Below, one piece after another: positions 27,987-36,099 of a DNA stretch of 64,000 nucleotides. The position numbers and the translations under genes were made by a program. The DNA is from Candidatus Latescibacterota bacterium (GTDB lineage Bacteria > Latescibacterota > UBA2968), in contig OZ242320.1 of the NCBI GenBank assembly GCA_965208125.1, positions 2,080,001 through 2,144,000 of the forward strand, in the 5' to 3' direction. The notes under the pieces are model-generated. The model ran no database searches. It saw only the letters and a list, made by a program, of their open reading frames with translations, and had not been told where the DNA came from. Each line of letters begins with the position of its first letter. Position 1 is the stretch's first letter.

Positions 27987-28316
27987 TCATAATTTTCCTT
28001 TCATATTGCGGTCGAAGAATACGCTCACCACCCGCCAGGGCGTAACGGTGGTGTTCACAGCTACGCGTAGCACACGGCCATCCTGTTCTGGAATAATGCA
28101 AAAAAAACGCTCTACCTCGGTATCATTCGGATCGGATATACGCAACATCGGTTCGGCTACCACCCGTTCTACCCACTCCTGAGGGATCATGCGTTCTGTC
28201 ATTGCAAAAACCGCATGTTTGCTATATTCCAGCTTTATTGATCCAGTTGCCATATCGCGCTCGGGCTTTAGGGTGCGCGGAAAGGAAGCGACACTCTCCT
28301 CGGAGTATCGTGTCAC
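27987..28316 (-). CDS. DUF4258-like (RelE-fold) putative toxin; start uncertain
   Basis: YSKHAVFAMTERMI..EWVERV...GRVLRVAVN...VVSVFFDR. Confidence 0.7.
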   Translation of the reverse strand: MTRYSEESVASFPRTLKPERDMATGSIKLEYSKHAVFAMTERMIPQEWVERVVAEPMLRISDPNDTEVERFFCIIPEQDGRVLRVAVNTTVTPWRVVSVFFDRNMKGKL

Positions 28317-28392
28317 AGAAAAGATAAAATTTTTGAAAGTGGATTTCTAACGCAAATAAGCGCGGAAAGGAGAAAGGTCTTGTAAGGAACAG

Positions 28393-28593
28393 TCAGGCTG
28401 TCTCAAATTCCAGAGCAGAGAGATTCAGATTGGAGGAGCGTTTCGAGAGATAGAGCAGTTCCACACCCACCACTTCGTTTGATGCATTGTAATCGAGTAC
28501 CACTCCTGGTGAGACCTCTTCTGATTCGACGATAGCAGAGTCGTCAAGGCGTAGATAGAGCGCGTCGGCTTTCTTATCGACATGTAGTTTCAT
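28393..28593 (-). CDS. DUF2283-family putative antitoxin
   Basis: VDKKADALYLRL...ESEEVSPGVVLDY...VVGVEL. Confidence 0.85.
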   Translation of the reverse strand: MKLHVDKKADALYLRLDDSAIVESEEVSPGVVLDYNASNEVVGVELLYLSKRSSNLNLSALEFETA

Positions 28594-28617
28594 AATTCTT
28601 TATTCCTGTGACTGTGG

Positions 28618-28734
28618 TTATGAGAACGGGTTTTGCGGACAGAGATGGTGCTGACCACATGATTGAAGACGATCCAAAACGGGCTGAACCGCGTCGAGAA
28701 TGCCGCGCTTTTTAGTTCGCAAGACGACGGGCAC
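28618..28734 (-). pseudogene. Internally deleted DUF3368/PIN-type toxin remnant
   Basis: GTG start MPVV joined directly to LRTKKRGILDAVQPVLDRLQS, which resembles the DUF3368 C-terminus. Confidence 0.55.
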
Positions 28735-28840
28735 TGTCTAAGTCCTGTTGGAGGTCGTCTTCAGTCAGTTGGAAGGTATCGACACCGTATTCGGCGAGTT
28801 TCGTTAAAAATAAGGGCTTGGGAATGCCAGCCAGCTTTGC
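28712..28840 (-). pseudogene. 5'-truncated UPF0175-family antitoxin remnant
   Basis: Manual translation AKLAGIPKPLFLTKLAEYGVDTFQLTEDDLQQDLDSARRLAN*; no start codon. Confidence 0.65.
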
Positions 28841-29123
28841 GTATAATGATAAATGCCTATTTGCAATTTACTTGAAAAAATAGGGGTTTGCAATGGCATT
28901 TTGGCGTATAACGATAATTATATGCAAAATTTAATCCCTTCAAAATGTCTCAATGCGGAAAGCCAAAAGCGTGATCCTACCCCGAGCCTATTCACAAATT
29001 CCTCGTCCGAAAACGCATTTGCACACTTTCGCGTAGTGCCTGTATATTGATGGTATAACTGAACTGGTGCGTGAATAACGTAGTTAGCGGACAGCCACAC
29101 AATACTGGCAAAGGATTCTCCTG

Positions 29124-29942
29124 ATGCTCGATATAGTCAATCTCCCTGAGCACAGACGCGTTTTTGACAGTCTATTGCGACACTTCCGGGACATAGACGA
29201 AGTCATCGGCATCTTCGTCAGCGGAAGTCAAGCTACCGGAGAGATGGACGAGCAATCCGACCTTGATTTAGGGGTTGTTTTTGATTCCCAAAAAATCCGA
29301 GATGCTGTCTGGTCTAAAAGGTGGAATTGGGCGACCGAACCGTGGTTCCACCGATTTGATGCAGATCACATCAAGGAGTATTTCGTTATCTATCTTTTCG
29401 AGCCGTGCGTCAAGGCAGACATCAATCTTTACATAGAGGAGGACTTGCCAGGTTGGAAGGGGGCCCCCTTTCATCTTATCTGGACGAAGTCAGACAGGCT
29501 TGAAGAATGGTGTCAAGTTTCGAATGATAAGGTACGCCGCGAGAACAGGCCGACTCCCAGTGAAGAACTGTTGATCCATGAAGACGAACGTCTCTGGGCC
29601 TGGCTTGTGTATGTTGTTTTGCACACGAAGCGTGGTGAGTACTATTCCGCAGCCTGGTCGTTTGCCGATCTACGCAACATCGTGGAGAAATGGCATGCGT
29701 ATCTACAGGGAGAACACAAATTCACGCCCAGGCAGTTCGAGCAGCGGATGCCATCGCACCTGGCTGGCCGATTTGCGACCCTATTCCCACAGCCAACACG
29801 AAATTCACTCAAGAAGGCTTACTATAACCTGGCGGAACTACATGAGGAGCAGCGCAGGGAAATCGGTTCACGACTTAGATTGACCTGGAAGATAAGCGAG
29901 TATGGTATATGTAGGGTCAAGGATATGATTGGCGAAATATAG
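29124..29942 (+). CDS. Pol-beta-type nucleotidyltransferase with helical C-terminal domain
   Basis: GIFVSGSQATGEMDEQSDLDL motif. Confidence 0.8.
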   Translation: MLDIVNLPEHRRVFDSLLRHFRDIDEVIGIFVSGSQATGEMDEQSDLDLGVVFDSQKIRDAVWSKRWNWATEPWFHRFDADHIKEYFVIYLFEPCVKADINLYIEEDLPGWKGAPFHLIWTKSDRLEEWCQVSNDKVRRENRPTPSEELLIHEDERLWAWLVYVVLHTKRGEYYSAAWSFADLRNIVEKWHAYLQGEHKFTPRQFEQRMPSHLAGRFATLFPQPTRNSLKKAYYNLAELHEEQRREIGSRLRLTWKISEYGICRVKDMIGEI

Positions 29943-29984
29943 TGTGGCCATCCGCTTGCTTTTTTGAAAAGTTTGGGGTTACTG

Positions 29985-30404
29985 ATGCCAGATTGCGACT
30001 ACAGTCTTACGTGGTACCATGGCTCTCAGCAAAAGCTGACGAAACTTCGTATCGGTAGTTCGATCACACAATACAGAACTGTGGCGAAGGCGTTCTCTCA
30101 CCGCCCTTCTCTTGTCTCTTTGTCTGACGAAGGTGAGTCTCTATCTGACAAGCTCAGGCTGAAGCATAACGGCGTCACTTCAGGTTATCTCTATGTTGTT
30201 TCAGATGAGATTGATCCTGATGATGTGTATCCGCATCCCCATCCGGCAAATGTCGGTCGCTGGGAGTGGCTGACTAACCGGGAATTGAAACTGGAACTCA
30301 TCGAACAGACTATCGTAACAGACAGTGAACGGCTGACAGACGAAGATATTGCAGAGATAAGGCGGAAACAGAAGGAAAGGGGCGAGGAGTCATTCGCGGA
30401 GTGA
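29985..30404 (+). CDS. Hypothetical protein with an ADP-ribosyltransferase-like (Arr-like) motif
   Basis: WYHGS...SIT...AKAF...GYLYVV...EW. Confidence 0.5.
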   Translation: MPDCDYSLTWYHGSQQKLTKLRIGSSITQYRTVAKAFSHRPSLVSLSDEGESLSDKLRLKHNGVTSGYLYVVSDEIDPDDVYPHPHPANVGRWEWLTNRELKLELIEQTIVTDSERLTDEDIAEIRRKQKERGEESFAE

Positions 30405-30471
30405 TCTGTTTGAAAAAGCGCGCAACAAAAAGTAGGTGCAATGTCCTGCATATTCAGCAGGAGTTATAAAT

Positions 30472-30506
30472 AAAAAAAGCCACTTCCCAGTTTAAGAAGC
30501 GGCTTT
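30472..30506. terminator. Terminator between convergent genes
   Basis: AAAAAAAGCCACTTC...GAAGCGGCTTT. Confidence 0.6.
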
Positions 30507-30527
30507 AATTTATCTATCACATTTAGT

Positions 30528-31370
30528 TCAAGGCGCAGGTCGTCTCACTGTCTCTTCAAAGTAAGTTGTCTCCGGATTGTCAATCCAATCGCCAACCCAA
30601 CCCAGTTCCTTTAGTCCGCTTTGAACAATTGGCAATGTCGCCCGCAATTCTTTCACGGGTATCCAGTCGCGCCAGTTGCGGTCGGCCGGTGGGGCGAGAA
30701 ATTCTCTCATGCCGCCTACTGCCCGTTGAATCGATGGATATACCATCGCGCCCAGTTGTGTCTGTTTGGCCGCTTCAACCAGCCATTTGTCGTAGGGAAA
30801 CGGCTGTCTGTCAGCGACGCAGCACATTTTGCAGAGGTGCTCAATGACGTTTCCAACCGCAACAAACGCTGTTTCCACCTTATTTCGAGCTGCCATAGCC
30901 AGTGGACCGCGCTGCGAGTAATGATACTTGCCGAATATCCACTTCAACTTGCTCTCTGCGACCGCTGGCGGATACAGGGAATAGCGATGTTTCAGCTCTT
31001 CAGCGATATTTGAACTACCGTAGAGGGTTCGCGAGGTGGCAATAACCCACATCATCTCATCCGGGTATGTTTCCAACCACGCCCGCAGGTCATCTTCATC
31101 GTAAAACGACCAGTGGGCTTCGTAGTCGCCTCTATCGACGAAGAGTTGCCCGCTTCGTTCATAAGTCCTCCGATCTTCACCGGAAAGGGGCCGCTTATCG
31201 CCAATGATACAAAGGTCGAGGTCTGACCATTCATCGGCAAAGTTAGCGGCGCGACTCCCAATCAACATGAGGACAGCGCGTTTACCCATTCGTTGGCAAG
31301 AATCTATGGCTCGATTGATGAACTGTTGATCTTCTGGACTGAAACGAATCTTTTCTCTCATTGCAGACAT
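30528..31370 (-). CDS. Nucleotidyltransferase with DUF4037-like domain
   Basis: LIGSRAANFADEWSDLDL and PFPYDKWL motifs. Confidence 0.75.
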   Translation of the reverse strand: MSAMREKIRFSPEDQQFINRAIDSCQRMGKRAVLMLIGSRAANFADEWSDLDLCIIGDKRPLSGEDRRTYERSGQLFVDRGDYEAHWSFYDEDDLRAWLETYPDEMMWVIATSRTLYGSSNIAEELKHRYSLYPPAVAESKLKWIFGKYHYSQRGPLAMAARNKVETAFVAVGNVIEHLCKMCCVADRQPFPYDKWLVEAAKQTQLGAMVYPSIQRAVGGMREFLAPPADRNWRDWIPVKELRATLPIVQSGLKELGWVGDWIDNPETTYFEETVRRPAP

Positions 31371-31402
31371 CTCCCGGACGGTTGTTGTCAAGGTTATTCA
31401 TA

Positions 31403-31449
31403 TTAGACTGCACGGATGAAAATTGTACGTCGCGGTGTCTTGCATATTG
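31403..31449 (-). promoter_or_regulatory. Putative ECF promoter, copy 2
   Basis: Plus strand TTAGAC-N9-GAAAATTGTACGTCGCGGTGTCTTGCATATTG. Confidence 0.6.
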
Positions 31450-31511
31450 AAGTTTTCTTTTTGATATTATACGGCAATGCCGTATATTTTATTTTCGTGA
31501 GGAGATTGAAA

Positions 31512-31784
31512 ATGAATGAAAAGAATAGAAATATCGGTCAAGAGATTCTATCTGGCCTACAGGAAATCAAGCGCGGCGAACACGGTCGTATTATCACGGT
31601 ACCTGATATTGCTCAAACGAGAGCGAAAGTGGGTCTTTCTCAAACGCAGTTTGCCCAATTGATGGGTGTCTCTGTTCGCACACTGCAAGATTGGGAGCAA
31701 GGCCGCCGCCGTCCATCAGGTGCTGCCCGGACACTACTGATGATCGCAGACAAAAACCCGCAAGCGATATTGGATGTGATGTGA
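31512..31784 (+). CDS. Orphan XRE HTH antitoxin (YiaG/NadS-like)
   Basis: GLSQTQFAQLMGVSVRTLQDWEQGRRRPSGAARTLL. Confidence 0.88.
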   Translation: MNEKNRNIGQEILSGLQEIKRGEHGRIITVPDIAQTRAKVGLSQTQFAQLMGVSVRTLQDWEQGRRRPSGAARTLLMIADKNPQAILDVM

Positions 31785-31923
31785 GAATATGTAATCTGAA
31801 ATCTGGCATAGAATCAAAAAATAAAACCCTGCTTGCTTGAGTAGGGCTTTGGCGTAATTAGAACAGAATTGATCGCGTTATCCCGTGATGGTTCTACACG
31901 GAATCAGACCAGTTCAACATCAG

Positions 31924-32412
31924 TTATTCCCCAAGGTCGTCAATGACGTCAAAAATATAATCTCGCAGCCACGATTCTGGCTCAGAATGCGATTTCAGAA
32001 CTGGCAAAATCTCATGGTCGCCCCACAATTCCGCTGCTTGAACAGCGGCATCTCTAATCTCCACATCATCCAAAGCTAACGCATCACGCACGAGTTCGGA
32101 ACGCCATGAGCTTGTTCCTAAATGTTCTTGACGCCCAAGGCAACGCAGAACAGACGCCGTGAAGACCGGTTGTGCGGTATCTAAGGAAAAATCTCTCAAC
32201 CACTCGAGAATACGCGCGTCTTCCCCGGATTGCAATGCTAGCTCTATAATATCCTCAGCCTTATGGTACATACCGTCCTCAAGGGATTCGGTTTCAAAGG
32301 CCGCGTGCAATTTGTTTGCAAGTCGCATTTGTTTGCAATCCTCATCCCAATTCGGTTTGAATCGAAACTCGCAGAGTGCTTCTCCAATAGGTGGATTACT
32401 ATAATCAGACAT
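31924..32412 (-). CDS. Hypothetical HEAT-repeat-like protein, apparently chimeric
   Basis: DDVEIRDAAVQAAELW; N-terminus YSNPPIGEALCEFRF resembles TIGR04255 starts. Confidence 0.55.
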   Translation of the reverse strand: MSDYSNPPIGEALCEFRFKPNWDEDCKQMRLANKLHAAFETESLEDGMYHKAEDIIELALQSGEDARILEWLRDFSLDTAQPVFTASVLRCLGRQEHLGTSSWRSELVRDALALDDVEIRDAAVQAAELWGDHEILPVLKSHSEPESWLRDYIFDVIDDLGE

Positions 32413-32436
32413 AAAAATTCTCCGGATCTTTTGTGG

Positions 32437-33216
32437 TTACACCGATGGCAAATCACTTAATGTAATTTGACTGAGGTTTTTCATCGAATCATTGGCCTTC
32501 TCTGCCGCCCGATAGATTATTTTTTTTACTGCTTCCTGCAGAAAAGAGCGTTCTTGTGCCGTCAGATCGTCATTAATACCTTCTCGTTTTCGCGTCTCTA
32601 AGGAACCGCCTTTTGTCGAGGAGAGCTGGGAGACTCTATTAAGGACTTTTTTGCTAATGTTATAGTATTGATTGGCGGGGATTTTTTGCATCTTTGCGAT
32701 ATAATTAATAGTAGTAAAACAGAAATAAGCCATGCTTGCCAATGACTCGTGGCCTCTACGATAATGCATATAACGGTCGTACATCGTCTGAACATCAGGA
32801 TCGATAGACAGGCCCGATGGCGGTGAAGGATAATCAGGAGGTGCTATGGTAACAGCAGAAACTGAGGTCGTTATCTTCAATCTAACAGGTGTGGCGGAGA
32901 CGCTTTTTTTACCTGGCGTAGGATTTCGATCCACGATCTTTGCTCTGGCAAATTTCAACTTGAAGAAGTCAGGACCACGCTTTAAACCTGCATCTAACTC
33001 CCATACGCGGATATATTTATCGATTGATTGCCGCGCTTCTAATTCTGTGGCATAATGCTTCTTTAACTTAAAACATACTTTCCTATCCCTAACTTTTACC
33101 CGAAATGCTGGCTCATCACGAACGAATGGCCTCGCTTTTTCGTAGTTCACAGAGTCGTCGTGTTCAATATGATAAATTAAGGCATCCACGTGGGGATTGT
33201 TCATTGTCAACTCCAC
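32437..33216 (-). CDS. Hypothetical protein
   Basis: 259-aa uninterrupted ORF in an AT-richer segment. Confidence 0.65.
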   Translation of the reverse strand: MELTMNNPHVDALIYHIEHDDSVNYEKARPFVRDEPAFRVKVRDRKVCFKLKKHYATELEARQSIDKYIRVWELDAGLKRGPDFFKLKFARAKIVDRNPTPGKKSVSATPVRLKITTSVSAVTIAPPDYPSPPSGLSIDPDVQTMYDRYMHYRRGHESLASMAYFCFTTINYIAKMQKIPANQYYNISKKVLNRVSQLSSTKGGSLETRKREGINDDLTAQERSFLQEAVKKIIYRAAEKANDSMKNLSQITLSDLPSV

Positions 33217-33551
33217 TGTACTTCAGATAAACCATCACAGACGCGATTAGACAAAACCATCCCGCACAGCGCGTAAGTCCGTCTCGCAGCGGACATCTTT
33301 ATGGCACCTCAACTGTGAAGGCCACTCCATGTAGTATTTCCATAGAAGCGATTTGCGCTGTGCAAGCCCCCCGCAGGGGCGCCCTTTTTTTGCTTCATTT
33401 TTTTGGGCGCGCAAAAAAATGAAGTCGCCGAAGGCATGTAAAAAAAAATAATAAAAAACTTTATACGTCGTTGTGCTACAAAAAATGAATTATGCACATC
33501 CCTCAATTATATAATAGGCCGATTTCTCATCTTTACCTTAAACGTGTCCGC

Positions 33552-33577
33552 TTGACAAAATATAACAAGTTTGTTAT
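33552..33577 (+). promoter_or_regulatory. Promoter with palindromic operator for the XRE gene
   Basis: TTGACA followed by ATAACAA-GT-TTGTTAT. Confidence 0.65.
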
Positions 33578-33624
33578 CTGAACACATCGCAGGGAGGATA
33601 AAATAATCCTCATTAGGAGGGAAA

Positions 33625-33909
33625 ATGCTCAGTCATAAAGAATTGATCGCAAAAATGCGGTCACAGCCTGGATATAAAGAAAAGTATGATGAGGCAGCAC
33701 CTGAATTTGAGTTGCTGCACAAGATGCTTGAGGCGCGAAAACGCGCTGGTATGACTCAAGAGCAGGTCGCTGAGAAGATGGGTACAAAGGCAACCGCGAT
33801 CACTCGCTTAGAGTCTACCAATAGCCGACATTCCCCCAAAGTAGAAACGCTGCGAAAATATGCAGAGGCCGTAGGCTGTCGGCTCAATATTGAGTTGATC
33901 CCCGATTGA
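33625..33909 (+). CDS. Orphan XRE HTH antitoxin/regulator
   Basis: ARKRAGMTQEQVAEKMGTKATAITRLE...TLRKYAEAVG; RBS AGGAGG. Confidence 0.9.
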   Translation: MLSHKELIAKMRSQPGYKEKYDEAAPEFELLHKMLEARKRAGMTQEQVAEKMGTKATAITRLESTNSRHSPKVETLRKYAEAVGCRLNIELIPD

Positions 33910-33965
33910 CGTGAGGATATCGGTTTAATAAAGGCAATTATGTAGGATAGTGCCGGAAAAAACAC

Positions 33966-33994
33966 TTGAAAATATATTGCTATTTTTGTATAAT
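33966..33994 (+). promoter_or_regulatory. Sigma-70 promoter
   Basis: TTGAAA-N17-TATAAT. Confidence 0.75.
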
Positions 33995-34000
33995 TGAGCA

Positions 34001-34065
34001 TTATCCCTTCAGAACTACGTGCGTCTGAAGCCCCCGGACTCGTTAGTGGGTCCGGGTTTTTTTTT
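34001..34065 (+). ncRNA. Putative ~65-nt two-hairpin RNA or leader ending in a terminator, upstream of the NYN gene
   Basis: Hairpins CTTCAGA/TCTGAAG and CCCGGAC/GTCCGGG followed by T9. Confidence 0.45.
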
Positions 34066-34088
34066 GTGATTTTTGTCAAGGAATAATT

Positions 34089-34708
34089 ATGCAAAAAAGC
34101 AATCGAACTCTAGTTTTTGTTGACGGGTTTAATGTCTATCACGCTATAAAAACACCGCGATTAGGTAAGTATATAGATGGTTAAACTATTGGAAACTTGC
34201 AGAAGAATTTTTACAACCCAAAGATCAATTAGTTGGTGTTTTGTACTTTACAGCCATACCACCTTGGGATATTCACAAACGCAATAGACATAAACGCCTG
34301 ATTTCTGCTAACCAATTCTATGGTGTGCAGGTAATATCCGGGAAATTTCGATACACTACAAAGCGATGTAGAAAGTGCAGACAAGAATACCATACTTATG
34401 AAGAGAAACGCACAGACGTAAATATAGCAGTACATCTACTTAAAAATGCACAAGAAGACAATTACGACAAGGCTGTACTGGTTTCTGGTGACAGTGATAT
34501 AATTCCGGCGATTGAGGCAGTAAAACAAACATTCCCCGAAAAGGAAATCTCTTTAGTTATTCCTATTGGGGGCAAGGCTCGTGAGCTTACAAATTTTGTC
34601 GGCTCATCCATGCAAATGAAAGAAATCCATCTTAGAACAAGTCAACTACCCGGAACAGTAACGCTTCAAAATGGTGTGGCTTTACAGAGACCTATACAAT
34701 GGACATGA
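34089..34708 (+). pseudogene. NYN-domain (PIN-like) ribonuclease with a frameshift
   Basis: VFVDGFNVYH in one frame; EEKRTDVNIA and LVSGDSDIIPA in another; removing one AT from TATATA (34170-34175) restores KYRWLNYWKL. Confidence 0.85.
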
Positions 34709-34749
34709 GGTTTCCAACTACGGCACTATCCTACATAATCGCCTTAATA

Positions 34750-34797
34750 AAAAAGAACGGGTAGAGAATTATAATATTCTTTACCCGTTTCCTTTTT
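34750..34797. terminator. Long bidirectional terminator hairpin
   Basis: AAAAAGAACGGGTAGAGAAT...ATTCTTTACCCGTTTCCTTTTT. Confidence 0.65.
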
Positions 34798-34806
34798 GTC
34801 CTCGCT

Positions 34807-34897
34807 GACGGTCTGTTTTAGAGGGTCATGTCTTGACCCTCACCGTTTGACCCTCAGTTTCAGACCCTCTAATTTTGACGGTCAGATTTAGACCCTC
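34807..34897. repeat. Seven GASSSTC cores at an exact 14-bp period
   Basis: Cores start at 34807, 34821, 34835, 34849, 34863, 34877 and 34891. Confidence 0.85.
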
Positions 34898-35462
34898 AGA
34901 ATATTTGTCTTACGATGGTGTTCAAGTTGTAATCCGGCAGGTCTAATACCACATAAGAGGGGAGGTCCAATTGTTGCCAGAGGTCGAAGCCATTTGTCCG
35001 GGTTTTTTGGGCGGTGAATAGAGAGATGACGGTGCCGTGGGTGGCGATGGCGATGGTTTTGTGCGGGTGTGTTTTCACTGCTTTTTCAACGGCTTGAGTG
35101 AATCGCGTGCGGGCCTGATGTGCTGTTTCATTGCCGAATATCAGGTCGTTGGGGCGTGCGAAGAAGGTTTTTACGGTGGTGTGCCATGTTTCTAGGGGGA
35201 TAAAGGGGACGCCTTTGCGGTCGTGTTCGTGAAGGTTGGGTGCTGATGTATAGGGGATTTGAAGGATGTCGGCGACGCGTTGACCCGTTTCTCGTGCTTT
35301 GGGTTCTTCGCTTGTGATGATGAGGTCCGGTTTATAGGGGCGCAATGCTTCGGCGAGAGGGATGCAACTTGCGCGTCCGCTATCCGATAGTTGCCAGTCT
35401 GGGGCGGATTGTGTTTTGTCGATTTGAGGCAAAGCGTGTTTGATTAAGATGAGATGGTTCAT
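34896..35462 (-). CDS. Histidine phosphatase (phosphoglycerate mutase family)
   Basis: LILIKHA, TSEEPKARET, LHEHDR, IATHGTVI. Confidence 0.85.
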   Translation of the reverse strand: MNHLILIKHALPQIDKTQSAPDWQLSDSGRASCIPLAEALRPYKPDLIITSEEPKARETGQRVADILQIPYTSAPNLHEHDRKGVPFIPLETWHTTVKTFFARPNDLIFGNETAHQARTRFTQAVEKAVKTHPHKTIAIATHGTVISLFTAQKTRTNGFDLWQQLDLPSYVVLDLPDYNLNTIVRQIF

Positions 35463-35491
35463 GAAAGTGCTCCGGTTATGTGTTATATGAC

Positions 35492-35557
35492 TTAGACTGA
35501 GCGAGCGAAAATTGTACGTCGCGGTGTCTTGCATATTGGGGCGGTGTTCGGTATAAT
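35492..35557. promoter_or_regulatory. Back-to-back promoters: putative ECF promoter copy 3 (minus) and sigma-70 promoter (plus)
   Basis: TTAGAC-N9-GAAAATTGTACGTCGCGGTGT, then TTGCAT-N17-TATAAT at 35529-35557. Confidence 0.65.
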
Positions 35558-35565
35558 TTACTTTT

Positions 35566-36099
35566 ATGGATATTGATATTCGCTCTCTGAAATCGTCTGA
35601 GGTGTTTCGGCTTCGCTATTTGCCGTTTTCCCGGAAAGAAACGCAACGGCGGCGGTTTATGCTACAGGAATCCGGCAGGCTCATTTTTTTTGTGGCATGG
35701 CGGGGCAATTTGCCGGTGGCTCAGGTGTTGCTCAATTGGGAAGGTGGCGATGCTGCTGGCGTGCCGCCGCAAGTGCGACCATGGCCCGAGGTGTCATCGC
35801 TTTTTGTGCATCCAGATTATCGGCGGATGGGCATTGCGTCGCGGTTGTTAGAGGTGTGTGAGCGGATTACTTTTCAGCGAGGCTATGAGAATATTGGTCT
35901 GTGCGTTTACGTGAAGAATCATCCTGCGCTGAATTTGTACGCACGCCGCGGGTACAAAGATGCGGGATGGGAACCGTATTTGGCCCGGGGTGTTTATACT
36001 GATGCCAATGGCGGGCAGAGTAACTGGCGAGAGACGCGCGTTTATTTGATTAAGTCACTCAGGAAAAAATATGAATCCAGATCCTTTTGTTCAGTTTGA
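35566..36099 (+). CDS. GNAT acetyltransferase
   Basis: LFVHPDYRRMGIASRLL, NHPALNLYARRGY. Confidence 0.88.
   Translation: MDIDIRSLKSSEVFRLRYLPFSRKETQRRRFMLQESGRLIFFVAWRGNLPVAQVLLNWEGGDAAGVPPQVRPWPEVSSLFVHPDYRRMGIASRLLEVCERITFQRGYENIGLCVYVKNHPALNLYARRGYKDAGWEPYLARGVYTDANGGQSNWRETRVYLIKSLRKKYESRSFCSV

Noticed and set aside
27400-34900. Integron cassette array or prophage
   Set aside because: No integrase or phage genes, mixed gene orientations, and only one isolated GTTAGCG with no complete attC hairpin
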